Shown here one piece after another: positions 17,305 to 27,528 of a stretch of DNA of 64,000 nt. The DNA comes from an uncultured Candidatus Rokubacteria bacterium (GTDB lineage Bacteria; Methylomirabilota; Methylomirabilia; Rokubacteriales; CSP1-6): contig CAVWWD010000008.1 in the NCBI GenBank assembly GCA_963758635.1, positions 32,001 to 96,000 on the forward strand. The letters are read 5' to 3'. The notes beneath the pieces are model-generated. The model saw only the letters and a program-made list of their open reading frames with translations, did not search any database and had not been told where the DNA came from. How positions within the stretch are numbered: position 1 is the stretch's first letter; every line of letters begins with the position of its first letter. The translations under genes and the position numbers were made by a program.

Positions 17305-18600
17305 TCACTTCACGGGCAGGCGGTCGTAGATCTCCTTGATCCGCTTGTCCGCCTCCTCGACCGCCTTGTCCGGCGCCACCTTGTCCACGATGACCCGCGT
17401 CATCATGTCGGTCAGCACGTTGCTCGAGACCACCTCGGCCGCGGCGGGCGTCGTGGGCCCGGGCCAGCCGACGGGCCGTCCGAGCCGCACCGTCTCCGCG
17501 ATGACCTTGCCGTCGGCGGTGTTCCAGTAGTCGTGGTTGATGAGGCTCTTGAACAGCGGCACCGCCTGCTGGAAGGAGCCGGTCATGTACGTGGTGAACT
17601 TGTCCTTGGACATGACGCACGCGACGAGGGCGCGCGCCTCCTTCTGCTGCTTGCCGTCGACGGGGACGCCCCAGTTCATCACGAACGTCAGGGCGAGGTT
17701 CCGGCCCGCCGGCCCCCGCGGCATGATCTTGATCGCGGTGTCCTTGCGCAGCGGGTGCTTGGTCGAGTCCTCCTGGAAGAGGATGCTGGGGCCGTTCGGC
17801 GTGAAGGCGACCTTCCCGGCCATGAACGCCTCGTTGTTCCCGGAGCCCGACCACGACAGGTAGTCGAAGGCCGCCGTCTTGTCGGTGACGTACGCCGGCG
17901 TCACCACCTTGATGGCCTGCACGGCCTTGTCCTTCGGGATGCCGACGTACTTTCCGCTCTTGTCGACCCACGCGGCGCCGTACGACCAGAGCAGGCTCAT
18001 CGCCGGGTCGTAGCCGTCGCCGGTGCGGTTCCACGGGAAGCCCTGGGGGAAGTCCTGGAGCCCGGCCTTCTTGATCTTGATCGAGATCTCGTTGATGGCC
18101 TCCCAGGTGTCGGGCGGCTGGGCGCCCACCTTGTCGAGGAGGTCCTTCCGGTAGAACAGCACCAGCGGGATCGCGTAGTGCGGCACGGCGTAGAACTTGC
18201 CGCCGAACTTCACCGCGCCTTCCGCGTTCTGCGCGAGCTCGCCCAGCTCCTTGGTCACCGTGCCGACCAGGTCGGACACGTCGGACAGGCGCCCGAGGTT
18301 GGCCAGTCGCGCCGGCCCCACCGCGTCGAGCTCGGCCACGTCGGGCAGCGTCTTGCTCTCGATGGCCGCGGTGTACTTGGTCCACATGTCGTCGAAGGTG
18401 TAGGTCTGGATGGCCACCTCGGCGCCGATCTTCTTGCCGCACTCCTGGATGCTCGTGTCGAGGATCTTGTCCGCGGGCGGGATGTAGGTCTTGAGACGCC
18501 ACAGCGTCAGCTTGACGTCCGCGGCCGACGCCGGCTGGAGCGCCAGGGTCAGGGCGAGGACGCCAGCGGCGAGGAGCATCCGTCGGATCAGCTTTGACAT
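17305..18600 (-). CDS. ABC transporter substrate-binding protein (sugar family)
   Basis: Signal peptide; PDV, GKFYAVP, LFYRKDLL and PDTWE motifs. Confidence 0.9.
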   Translation of the reverse strand: MSKLIRRMLLAAGVLALTLALQPASAADVKLTLWRLKTYIPPADKILDTSIQECGKKIGAEVAIQTYTFDDMWTKYTAAIESKTLPDVAELDAVGPARLANLGRLSDVSDLVGTVTKELGELAQNAEGAVKFGGKFYAVPHYAIPLVLFYRKDLLDKVGAQPPDTWEAINEISIKIKKAGLQDFPQGFPWNRTGDGYDPAMSLLWSYGAAWVDKSGKYVGIPKDKAVQAIKVVTPAYVTDKTAAFDYLSWSGSGNNEAFMAGKVAFTPNGPSILFQEDSTKHPLRKDTAIKIMPRGPAGRNLALTFVMNWGVPVDGKQQKEARALVACVMSKDKFTTYMTGSFQQAVPLFKSLINHDYWNTADGKVIAETVRLGRPVGWPGPTTPAAAEVVSSNVLTDMMTRVIVDKVAPDKAVEEADKRIKEIYDRLPVK

Positions 18601-18785
18601 GGAAGAGCTCTCCTTTGAGCTGAGGATGCTGGGCCGGATGACGCTCTTGTAAGCGCCCGTCGCCGAGCTTGTCAAGTCGCCGGGCGCGACGCTCACGCTA
18701 TGATCTGGTGCCGACACCCAAAGAGTCGCGACGTGCGGCGGCGCGAGCCGGAGCCCGCACCCGGGTGCCGCACGCACGACGAGGA

Positions 18786-18895
18786 GCAGAGTCGTTGACG
18801 CCAGGTGCGGGCGGGCGAAGCCCGGGTGCCCGCACGCACGCGAGGCAGAGTCGTTGACGCCAGGTGCGGGCGGGCGAAGCCCGGGCGCCCGCACC
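18786..18895. repeat. Tandem pair (59-nt period) of a REP-like hairpin element
   Basis: GCAGAGTCGTTGACGCCAGGTGCGGGCGGGCGAAGCCCGGGYGCCCGCAC at 18786 and 18845. Confidence 0.85.
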
Positions 18896-18909
18896 CAAGG
18901 AGAAGCGCG

Positions 18910-19914
18910 ATGGCCCAGACGATGAAGGCGTGGTTCAACGTTCCCGGCCCCTCCGGCGCGGTCTTCGAGCTGCGCGAGACCCCGGTGCCATCGGCGGGGC
19001 CGGGCCAGGTGCTCGTGTCGGTGCGCGCGGCCGGCACCAACCGGGGCGAGCTGATCCGCGGCGCCGACATGCGCGCCGGGAATCCGTCGCGCGCGGGCGG
19101 GGAGTTCGCGGGAGAGATCGCCGCCCTTGGCGAGGGCGTGTCGGGCTGGGCGGTCGGGGATCGCGTGATGGGTCGCGCCACCGGCAGCTACGCGCCGTAC
19201 ACGGTGGCGGCGGCGCGCGCCCTGATGCGGATCCCCGCCGGCATGTCGTGGAGCGAGGCGGCGTCCGTGCCCAACGTGTTCGTCACCGCTCACGACGCGC
19301 TCGTGACCAACGCCGCCGTCGCGCCGGGCGAGACGGTGCTCGTCACCGCCGGCTCCTCCGGCGTGGGGACGGCGGCCGTCCAGATCGCCCGGCGAGTCGG
19401 CGCGGGACCGGTGGTGGCGACCACCCGCGCGCCCGCGAAGTCGGCGGCCCTCCGCGCCCTGGGCGCCGCCGAGGTCGTGGACACGCGGGAGGCGGATTGG
19501 CCGGAGGCCGTGCTCCGCGTCGTGGGCGAGCGCGGCGTGGACGTGATCATCGACCAGGTCGGCGGGCCGCTGCTCCCCGGCGCCGTCCGCGTGCTGGCCC
19601 TCAAGGGGCGGCTGGTGAGCGTCGGCCGGAGCGGCGGCCGGGTCGGCGAGTGCGACCTGGACGAGATTGCGCGCAAGCGGGCCCGCATCATCGGCGTTAC
19701 CTTTCGCACCCGCACGCCGGAGGAAGCGCTCGCCTGCGGCGAGCGGTTCGCCGCCCACCTGCTCGACGCGGTCGCCGAGGGCGCGCTCAAGCCGGTGGTG
19801 GATCGCTCGTTCCCCTTCGAGCGCCTCGCCGACGCCCACGCCTACATGCTGAGCGACGCGCAGACGGGGAAGATCGTGCTCGCGGTCGCCGGTGGCGGGC
19901 ACCCCGCGCCATGA
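18910..19914 (+). CDS. NADPH:quinone oxidoreductase-like MDR protein
   Basis: GGEFAG, VGDRVMG, AGSSGVG, GVDVIID and TGKIVL motifs; no Zn-binding Cys cluster. Confidence 0.88.
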   Translation: MAQTMKAWFNVPGPSGAVFELRETPVPSAGPGQVLVSVRAAGTNRGELIRGADMRAGNPSRAGGEFAGEIAALGEGVSGWAVGDRVMGRATGSYAPYTVAAARALMRIPAGMSWSEAASVPNVFVTAHDALVTNAAVAPGETVLVTAGSSGVGTAAVQIARRVGAGPVVATTRAPAKSAALRALGAAEVVDTREADWPEAVLRVVGERGVDVIIDQVGGPLLPGAVRVLALKGRLVSVGRSGGRVGECDLDEIARKRARIIGVTFRTRTPEEALACGERFAAHLLDAVAEGALKPVVDRSFPFERLADAHAYMLSDAQTGKIVLAVAGGGHPAP

Positions 19915-20366
19915 AGTGGGTGACCCGCGAGCGTGTCCGGATGGATCGCGTCGCCTGCGCGTGGCTCATCAGGAACTTCATCGACAAGGACGCGGAGTTC
20001 CAGTTCGTCTCGCCGCAGGACGCGCCCCAGCACGCGCGCCGCGATGACGCGATCGCGTTCGTCCTGCCCGGGGCCGAGCTCGCCCGGAAGGGCGAGCGGA
20101 TCACGCTCGACGCGATGCTCGAGAAGTACGGCCTGACCGATCCCGCCCTCGCGAAGCTGGCCGACATCGTGCGCGCCGCCGACATCCGGGGGCTCGCGAT
20201 CGACGCCCCGGAGGCGGATGGTGTGCGGGCCATCGTGCACGGGTTCTTCCTGCTGAACCTGCCGGACGGAGAGGCCCTCGAGCGCCAGTATCCGCTGTTC
20301 GACGCGCTCTACCGGTACTGCCAGGAGCAGGTCGCCCGGCCGGCGGAGGGCCGCGCCGCGTCCTGA
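19911..20366 (+). CDS. ChrB-domain (chromate resistance) protein
   Basis: MKWVTRER..DRVACAWLIR.FID and LADIVRAAD; ATGA-coupled to the upstream gene. Confidence 0.85.
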   Translation: MKWVTRERVRMDRVACAWLIRNFIDKDAEFQFVSPQDAPQHARRDDAIAFVLPGAELARKGERITLDAMLEKYGLTDPALAKLADIVRAADIRGLAIDAPEADGVRAIVHGFFLLNLPDGEALERQYPLFDALYRYCQEQVARPAEGRAAS

Positions 20367-20497
20367 TCCGCCGGGCGCGAGCTCGTAAGCCCCGGCGCAT
20401 CAGACTAACGCCGAGCGGTGGGACTATAGAGGCCCGTGGCGGTGACCGTATTCTGCGAGGGTCACTGGCGGGGCGCGGCGGGCGCCCGGGTCGTGCG

Positions 20498-21070
20498 TCA
20501 GCGCATGAACGCGCGCAGGGCCCCGCGCAGCCCGTCCCACAGCCGGCCGCGCCACGTGCCGGGCGGAAGCATCCGCTGCCGCGTCGTGCGCGCCTGCACG
20601 ATCCACCGCCACGCGACGGAGGACTCCATGCGATCGAGCTGGGCGCGCACCTCCTCGTAGAGCCCGCGCGTCCGGCCGTGCTCGGTTCGCTCGGCCTCGA
20701 GCAGCGCCGACACGCGCTCCACGTCCTGCCGCAGCTCGTTGATGGTGTTCTGCCGCTCGGCGATCGTGTTCCGGAGCTGCTCCTCGTCGTACTCGCGCTC
20801 GCGAGCCGCGAGCTCCAGGTCCTGCGCGAGCTCGATCTCCGTCTTCCACGCGTGAGGGGCGGCCGCGCGGTCGAGGTCGAGCACTACCGCGGCATCGCAG
20901 GAAGCCGGCGCCTCCGCGCCCACGGGTGCCAGGCGGCCTCCGATCTCCTTTCCGAGCCGCCCCCGCGCATCCGGTGAGAGGTCCCCCACGACGCACACGT
21001 GGCCGGCGCCGCGCAGGAACGGGATCAGCGTGTCGACGAGCGCCGCTTCGAGCGCGTCCGGCCGCGACAT
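20498..21070 (-). CDS. Hypothetical coiled-coil protein beside the glycosyltransferases
   Basis: Heptad-rich segment followed by MESSVAWR...LPPGTWRGRLW. Confidence 0.6.
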   Translation of the reverse strand: MSRPDALEAALVDTLIPFLRGAGHVCVVGDLSPDARGRLGKEIGGRLAPVGAEAPASCDAAVVLDLDRAAAPHAWKTEIELAQDLELAAREREYDEEQLRNTIAERQNTINELRQDVERVSALLEAERTEHGRTRGLYEEVRAQLDRMESSVAWRWIVQARTTRQRMLPPGTWRGRLWDGLRGALRAFMR

Positions 21071-21131
21071 GGCGGGGAGGATAGCACACGGTCCGCGGGC
21101 GCCCGGCGCGGTGCTGGCCGCGGCGCGAGGG

Positions 21132-22343
21132 TCATTGGCCGCCGGCGGCGCGTCGCGTGTCGCCGAGGATCGCGTCCAGGTGGAGCGAAAGCTGGTGGCG
21201 GAGGTCGAACGCGCTCACGTCCATCCGGCGGATCGCCGCCTCGATGTCCTTCCGCGCCGCCGGCTCCGCGTGGCGGACGAGCAGGCGGGCGAGGGCATCC
21301 GGATCGTCGCGCGGGAAGAGCGCGCCGCGCTCGCCCTCGACCACGAGGCCCCGGATGCCCTTCACGTCGCTGCCGATCACCATGCGGCCCGCGGCGAAGG
21401 CCTCGAGCACGACGATGGGATTGCCCTCGGCGAGCGACGGCAGCACCAGCAGCTCGGCGCCGCGCATGAACGCCCACACCTCCTCCCGCGGCACGGCGCC
21501 CAGGAAGTGCACGCGCGCCGCGCAGCCCAGCCGATCGGCCTCGGCGCGGAGCCGCCGATCCTCGGCGCCGTCCCCGGCGAGGAGCAGGTCCACGCCGGGG
21601 ATCCGGTCCGCCACCGATGCGAACGCCGCCAGCAGGACGGAGACGTTCTTGACGGGCTCGAGCCGCCCCGCGAAGAGCACGTAGGGCCGCGGCCGGCTCC
21701 GCGGCGCTTGTCGGCGGACGGCGTCGACGTCGATCCCGTTGGGAATCAGGCGGATGCGCCCGGCCACGCCCGGCCACGCCTCCACCGCTTCGTCGCGGAG
21801 CTCGACGGACGGCGCCACCACCACGTCCGCGGTGCGGAACGCCGCGACGACCAGCCAGCGGAACACGCGCCATTGCCGTTGCAGCAGGCGGAGCTCCGCG
21901 CCGTGCAGGTAGACGACGATCCGGCCGCGGAAGAGGCCCAGCCGGCGGAGGGCGAGCGGGTACCACGCGGCGTGGTCGAGCCGGGCGATGCAGATCGCGG
22001 CCACGTCGCCGCGGCGCGCGAGCGCGCGGAACCACGCGAGGTGCCGTACCGCCCGCCGGAGGAAGCCCGGCAGCGCGGCGCGCGTCCGCGGGATCTCCGG
22101 CGCCTCGCGCCGGATGACCACGGCGCCCCGTCGCCGGCCGATCGCGCGGCCCGGGGCCGGCGTCTCCGTCCAGACGGTCACGCGGATCCCCTGCGCGGCG
22201 AGCAGGGCCACGAGGTCGTCGAAGAGCGACTGCGCCCCGCCGCCGTATGGGTAGAACGTCGGCGAGACGACGAGGACGCGCGTCAATGACCTTTGCAGGG
22301 TCTGGTCACCGCCACGGGCCCCTATAGTCCTACCGCTTGCCAT
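21132..22343 (-). CDS. Glycosyltransferase family 4
   Basis: GGAQ, IPNGID, FAGRLEPVKN and EGNPIVVLEA. Confidence 0.9.
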   Translation of the reverse strand: MASGRTIGARGGDQTLQRSLTRVLVVSPTFYPYGGGAQSLFDDLVALLAAQGIRVTVWTETPAPGRAIGRRRGAVVIRREAPEIPRTRAALPGFLRRAVRHLAWFRALARRGDVAAICIARLDHAAWYPLALRRLGLFRGRIVVYLHGAELRLLQRQWRVFRWLVVAAFRTADVVVAPSVELRDEAVEAWPGVAGRIRLIPNGIDVDAVRRQAPRSRPRPYVLFAGRLEPVKNVSVLLAAFASVADRIPGVDLLLAGDGAEDRRLRAEADRLGCAARVHFLGAVPREEVWAFMRGAELLVLPSLAEGNPIVVLEAFAAGRMVIGSDVKGIRGLVVEGERGALFPRDDPDALARLLVRHAEPAARKDIEAAIRRMDVSAFDLRHQLSLHLDAILGDTRRAAGGQ

Positions 22344-22362
22344 GAGTCTGATGCGCTGAGGC

Positions 22363-23445
22363 TCACGAGCATGCGCGCGCGATCACCGGAGCGTAGGTGG
22401 CCGCCCGGGCGTCCCAGGTGTGGTGGGCGAGCACATGCGCGGTGGCGGCGTCGCGGTCCCAGGCGGCGCCGGCCACGCGCGCGACCGCCGCCGCCATCCC
22501 GTCCACGTCGCCGTTGGCCACGACCTCGCCCATGGCGAGATCCGTCACGAGGCGCTCGTTGGGGAACCCCGACTCGCACACCACCGGAAGGCCCACGCGC
22601 AGGTAGTGGTAGATCTTGGTCGACTCGTTCTCGTTGGGCGCTGCGCCCAGGGCCAGGACCAGCCCCACGTCGGCCGCGCGCATCCAGTCCCACGCGCGCT
22701 CGTGCGCCACCGCGCCCACGCTGCGCACGGCGTTCGCGTCCAGGCCGGTGGTGTCGCCGCCGCCCAGGAAGTAGACGCGGATCCGGTGATCGAGGAGCCG
22801 CCGGCCGAGGGCGTTCAGCGACGCGGTGAGCCGCTGGTTGGCCGCGGGCTGCGCGCGCAGGCTGTAGATGTTCCCCGCGAAGAGGCAGCGGCGCCAGCCG
22901 TCGCGCTCGTACGGATCGGGACCGGGCCGGGGCAGGCGCGCGTCGGCGGCCCCGGGCACGAGCAGCACGTTCCCGCGGTCGCCGAAGCACTCCTGCCAGC
23001 GCCGGCGCGACGGCTCCGTGAGCACGGTCACGTAGCGGCTCGTCGCGGCGATGCGCTGCTGCGTCTCGAAGAGCCGCTGGCGCACCTCGCCGTGGAAGTA
23101 GACGGCGGGCGTGTCCTCGGGCCCGACGACGGAGCCGAGCTTGGAGACGATGAAGGGGTGGCGGGCGCCCCCGAACGTCTCCAGGGTCTCGAAACCCTGG
23201 TGGAAGAGCGTCTTGACCATGTCGTAGCGGTCCCAGCGGACCCGGCCGAGGGCCACGCGCCGCAGGCGCGGCCCCATCGGGACCCGCACGAAGCGGCGCC
23301 AGCGCCCCGGCTCGCAGGTCGCGATGTCCACCGTGTGCCCCATCGCGGCGAGGGCCTCCGACATCTTGAGCCATCGGATGTACGACATGTCGGTGGGCAC
23401 GAACGGCCGGCGCGCGCTCGCGTAGACGGTGACGATGCGCGCCAC
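22363..23445 (-). CDS. Glycosyltransferase (GT-B/GT4-like)
   Basis: GHTVDI, LVPGAAD, STKIYHYL..GLPVV and HTWDARA. Confidence 0.75.
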   Translation of the reverse strand: MARIVTVYASARRPFVPTDMSYIRWLKMSEALAAMGHTVDIATCEPGRWRRFVRVPMGPRLRRVALGRVRWDRYDMVKTLFHQGFETLETFGGARHPFIVSKLGSVVGPEDTPAVYFHGEVRQRLFETQQRIAATSRYVTVLTEPSRRRWQECFGDRGNVLLVPGAADARLPRPGPDPYERDGWRRCLFAGNIYSLRAQPAANQRLTASLNALGRRLLDHRIRVYFLGGGDTTGLDANAVRSVGAVAHERAWDWMRAADVGLVLALGAAPNENESTKIYHYLRVGLPVVCESGFPNERLVTDLAMGEVVANGDVDGMAAAVARVAGAAWDRDAATAHVLAHHTWDARAATYAPVIARACS

Positions 23446-23449
23446 GGGC

Positions 23450-24971
23450 TCACTGCCCCAGGTAGCACTGCTCGAGCCGGGGCAGGATGCGCTCGGCCGC
23501 GAACGCCTCCACGCGCACACGGCCGCGGGCCACGCGCTCGCGCGCCTCGTCCGGCCGCTCGAGGGTGCGCGAGAGGGCCGCGGCGAGCGCGTCCACGTCG
23601 CCCGGCTCGTAGAGGAGCGCGCACCGGCCGTCCTCGACGATCTCGGCAGCGCCGAGCCGGCAGCGCAACGTCACGATCGGCACCTCGCAGGCCAGCGCCT
23701 CCACCAGCACCCGCGGCGACGCCTCGCCGAAGTGCGACGTGAAGGCGAGCGCGCGCGCCTGGCGGAAGCACGGGTAGGGGTCGTCGACGTGGCCGGGCAT
23801 GCGCACGTGCGCGGCCACGCCCTCCCGCGCCGCGTGGTCGGCGAGGGCCTCGCGGTCGGGGCCCTCGCCCAGGATCAGCAGCGACAGGCGGGGATGCCGC
23901 TCGCGCACGCGGCGGAACGCGCTGACGAGGTCGGGGAACGCCTTCATCTCGGCGAGGCGGCCGCACGCGACGACGTATTCGCCGAGCCCCGCCGCCACGG
24001 GCGGTAGCGGGCCCGCCGCCGCGGTCCGGATGGCGGCGAGAGGAAACGGGTTGAAGATCGTCTGGACGTGCGAGCGCTCGAGGCCGAGAAAGCCGGCTGC
24101 ATCGTCACCCACCTCGGCGGAGACGGCGACGATCGCGTCCAGCCGGCGGTGCATCCGCCGCGCGAGAGAGACGAGCGACGGCGAGACTTTCGTCCGCGCG
24201 AGGAGGCTCGACTCGTTGTGGATCTGCCCGATCGCCCGCAGCCGGCCGCCCGAGATCACCTTGGCCAGCCCGGCCACGGTGTTAGGCCGCAGCCCGTGGC
24301 CGACCACGATCCGCGCGCCGCGCCTGAGCGAGAGGAAGGCCAGCCGCGCGGCCTGGCGCACGAGTGTGCCGCGGCCGCGAAGCGCCCAGTCTCGGACGGG
24401 GATGCCGTCCCGGGCGAACGCGGCGAGGGTGGGGTTGGGCCGGCCCGACAGCTCGCGCACGACGTGCCACGAGACCACGTCGACGGAGTAGCCGCGGGCC
24501 GCGAACCAGGACGCCTTGATCTCGATGCCGCGGCCAACGCCGCCTCCGTGGAGGAAGTCGGCCACGAAGACGAGCCCGCGGCGGGGGGCCAGCGCGCCGC
24601 CCCTATCCGCAGATCTGCCGGAGGATCCCGCGGAACTCGGTGGACGGGACTCGGGGGAGTCGAGGAACGCGCGCACCGCGTCACCCACGCCCTGCGCGTT
24701 GCAGTTCCTCCGGAGGAAGTCCGACCACGCGGCCGGGCTGCCGAGGTCGGCGCCTCGGGAGAGCGCCTGCTCGAAGAGATGGTCGATGAAGCCGGTCCGC
24801 GCCAGCTGGGGGGAGCGCCGATGGATGAGGTCGCGGAGGTCCGCCCTCGCCTCCCGCGGCGCGGCGAGCGGGCCGGCGGCGAGGACGAGCCGAGTCCTCG
24901 CGCGGCTCGCGGCGGCCGGCGTGGCGACATCGATCTCGGATAGCTGGTCGTGCGCTGTTACGGGGTGCCAT
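23450..24971 (-). CDS. GT4 glycosyltransferase with an N-terminal DUF4214-like domain; probable frameshift near the start
   Basis: FIDHLFEQALSRGAD...AFLDSPE, then GRLAEMK and GEASPRVLVEALAC; RBS GAGGAGG precedes an out-of-frame ATG at 24971. Confidence 0.75.
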
Positions 24972-25037
24972 CGGCCCTCCTCGAATGGGGAATCCGCTCC
25001 GGAATTCTCGGCGGGTCGGCGCGCTTCTGTCAAGGAC

Positions 25038-25718
25038 TCACGCGGTCGAGGGTGCGCCGCCGGGACGGCCTGGCGCATCGGCGTCTTGCGACGCGCCCGC
25101 GACCAGGTCGGCGAGGGCGAGGCTCGCGGGATCGCCCTGCGCGCGCAGGCCGGCGACCACGCCGGCGCGGTCGGGGAGCGCCCGGTTCTGGCTCATCTTC
25201 CACTTGCCCTCGAGGCGGGTCACGGAGATCTCGATCCCCACGATGCCCGTGAGCTGGCGCTCCACGTAGTCCTCCGGCGCGTCCGTCACGCGCCAGGGCT
25301 CACGGCGTCCCGACTCGTGCCGGTCGGTCAGTCGCGTGACCAGCCGGCGCAGCCAGGCCGGGTCCTCGATCACGCGCAGCGGACCGTAGGCGTGGACCAC
25401 CGCGTAGTTCCACGTGGGCACCACCTTGCCGCCGTCCGCCTTGCTCGGGTACCACGCGGGCGTGACGTAGCCCTGGACACCCTGGAACACGGCCAGCGTA
25501 TCAACGTCGCGCCGGGCCGTTTGCCACACCGGGTTGGACCGCGAGACGTGTCCCTGGAGCGTGCCGAACGGGCCCGGGCCGGGCTCGATCTCCATCGGGA
25601 TGTGATCGGCGGCCAGCCCCGCCGGCGACAGCGTCACGAGCGTGGCGAGGCTGTGCCGGCGGATGAGCTCGTGCAGGACGGGCACGCGGGCCTCGGTGAA
25701 GTGCCGGGGGACGTACAT
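25038..25718 (-). CDS. paiB: FMN-binding negative transcriptional regulator (PaiB family)
   Basis: MYVPRHF, GHVSRSNP, YVTPAWY, VPTWNY and GKWKMSQNR. Confidence 0.9.
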   Translation of the reverse strand: MYVPRHFTEARVPVLHELIRRHSLATLVTLSPAGLAADHIPMEIEPGPGPFGTLQGHVSRSNPVWQTARRDVDTLAVFQGVQGYVTPAWYPSKADGGKVVPTWNYAVVHAYGPLRVIEDPAWLRRLVTRLTDRHESGRREPWRVTDAPEDYVERQLTGIVGIEISVTRLEGKWKMSQNRALPDRAGVVAGLRAQGDPASLALADLVAGASQDADAPGRPGGAPSTA

Positions 25719-25728
25719 CGGCGGCTCC

Positions 25729-26787
25729 TCAGGCGTGGCGGTGCGGGCGCCCGCGCTCGTAGTGCGCGCGGAGCAGGTCGGCGCCGAAGTCGTTCCGGGC
25801 GTCACGCCACACCGAGTGAATGTGGTTCGCGTCGTTCTGCGTGTTGTCCAGCTCGATCAGGAGCGTCGGCCCGTGGATGCGGTAGTAGTGGGCGTGCGGG
25901 GCATCGATGGGGCCCGCCCACGCGAAGTGCAGCCGCTCGAGGCCGGCCTCGCGGATCCGGCGGAGCTCCTCGTCGGCCAGCTCCGCGCGCATGTTCCGCG
26001 CGAACTCCTCGACGAGCCGCGCGAGCTCTCCGCGCTGGGCGGGCGACAGGTCCGCCGCCGGCACGCCGGCGGGAGCGGCCAGGCTCTCCGTCCGCCCGGG
26101 GCCGGACACGATGTCGCCCAGCGACCGGTCGCCGATCAGCATGCGGCGGCGCTGCGTGGCGTCCATCGACTGGGCGAGGGCGCGGCCCAGGTCTTCCTCG
26201 CGGCCGAGCGCGCGCAGTCCCTTGAGCGCGCCCGCGCGCACGTCGGCGGGGTTGGCCCCGAAGAAGGCCGGGGTGACGGCGACGGGCTTGCCGGGGACCA
26301 GCGTGAAGTTGAGCGAGAGATGGTGGCCCTCGAGGCGCCAGCCCCACGGGGCCGCGGCCCCGGGCGCGCCGAAGACCGTGACCGCGTAGTTGTCGGGATC
26401 GCGCGTGAGGCCGCCGAACGTCTCGAGCTGCCGCAGCACGCCCTCCAGCCGCACCACGTTGACCGCCTTCGCGTAGCCCGCGCCGCTCAGGCTCGCCTTC
26501 ATCAGCTCGTGGGCGGCGGCGCGCGCCGGCCCCGTCATCTCCTTGAACGGCACGCCCTCGCGGCTGCGCGGCACGTAGTGCCAGTTGCGCCGCTCCGCGT
26601 GGTCGAACGGGAAGACGGCGCGCCGCCGCGTCTCCGCCGAGAGCGCGGCGAGGAAGGCCCCGGCGTGCGCGGCCATCGCGGCGCGGGCCCCATCGGCGAC
26701 CTGGGCAAGGAGCGGGCGCGGCGCCATCGCCGCGCCCGCGGCGGCCACCGCCCCGTGCAGGAGCCCGCGCCGCGTGAGGCGGCTCAT
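25729..26787 (-). CDS. DUF3500 family protein, Tat-exported
   Basis: TRRGLL Tat signal; WGWRLEGHHLSLN, YYRIHGP and ANHIHSVWRD. Confidence 0.85.
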   Translation of the reverse strand: MSRLTRRGLLHGAVAAAGAAMAPRPLLAQVADGARAAMAAHAGAFLAALSAETRRRAVFPFDHAERRNWHYVPRSREGVPFKEMTGPARAAAHELMKASLSGAGYAKAVNVVRLEGVLRQLETFGGLTRDPDNYAVTVFGAPGAAAPWGWRLEGHHLSLNFTLVPGKPVAVTPAFFGANPADVRAGALKGLRALGREEDLGRALAQSMDATQRRRMLIGDRSLGDIVSGPGRTESLAAPAGVPAADLSPAQRGELARLVEEFARNMRAELADEELRRIREAGLERLHFAWAGPIDAPHAHYYRIHGPTLLIELDNTQNDANHIHSVWRDARNDFGADLLRAHYERGRPHRHA

Positions 26788-26794
26788 CCCTCGG

Positions 26795-27502
26795 TCACGA
26801 GTACTTCACGGTGCAGCCGTAGGCGCGGGTGACCGGCGTCTTCACCGGCTGGCCCGCGGCCACCGCGTCCAGCGCCGCGCGCACGTAGTTGGTGGCGCCG
26901 GGCACGTCGGCGCGACGCGACGTGGGCCGGTCGTCGATCGCGCCCGCGTAGACGAGCAGGCCGGCCTTGTCGATCACGTACATGTGGGGCGTGTTGGTCG
27001 CGCCGTACATCTTGCCGACGGCGCCGGTGGGATCCAGGAGGACCGCGGTGGGGCCGGCCTTGCGGCTCGTCGTGAGCTCGTCGGCCTGGGCTGCGGTCAC
27101 GAAGCCCTGCGTGCCCGGCGAGGACGAGATGACGGTGAGCCAGACCACGCCGCGGCCCGCCGCCTCCTTCTGGAGCCCCTGCATGTTGGCGGTGTCGTAG
27201 TGCTTCCGGACGTACGGGCAGTCGTGGTTCGTCCACTCCAGCACGACGAGCTTGCCGCGCTGGTCGGCGAGGGCCACGTTCTTCCCGGTGGTGGCGAGCG
27301 CCGAGAAGACGGGCGCGGGCTCGCCCACCTTCGCGGACGACCACGCGAGGCGGGGCACGACGATGGTGCCGGCGGCGAGCGTGCCCAGCGACGTGCCGGC
27401 GAGGAATGCGCGACGGGTCAGCCCTTGCTTGGCGAGGTGAGCCGAAGGCGAGCCGAGCGTATAGGGAAATGCCTTGGAAACGTCCATCTTGGAGATGTCC
27501 AC
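26795..27502 (-). CDS. Thioredoxin-like redoxin (AhpC/TSA-like), Tat-type signal
   Basis: TRRAFL; VVLEWTNHDCPYVRKHY, TPHMYVI, YAGAIDD and YGCTVKY. Confidence 0.88.
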   Translation of the reverse strand: MDISKMDVSKAFPYTLGSPSAHLAKQGLTRRAFLAGTSLGTLAAGTIVVPRLAWSSAKVGEPAPVFSALATTGKNVALADQRGKLVVLEWTNHDCPYVRKHYDTANMQGLQKEAAGRGVVWLTVISSSPGTQGFVTAAQADELTTSRKAGPTAVLLDPTGAVGKMYGATNTPHMYVIDKAGLLVYAGAIDDRPTSRRADVPGATNYVRAALDAVAAGQPVKTPVTRAYGCTVKYS

Positions 27503-27528
27503 GATGTCTCCTCCTTGTTCCTCGAGGA

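Noticed and set aside
18720..18900. Possible mini CRISPR array
   Set aside because: Only two full near-identical units with no unique spacers of 25-45 nt; the same unit occurs singly elsewhere, as expected for a REP-like element
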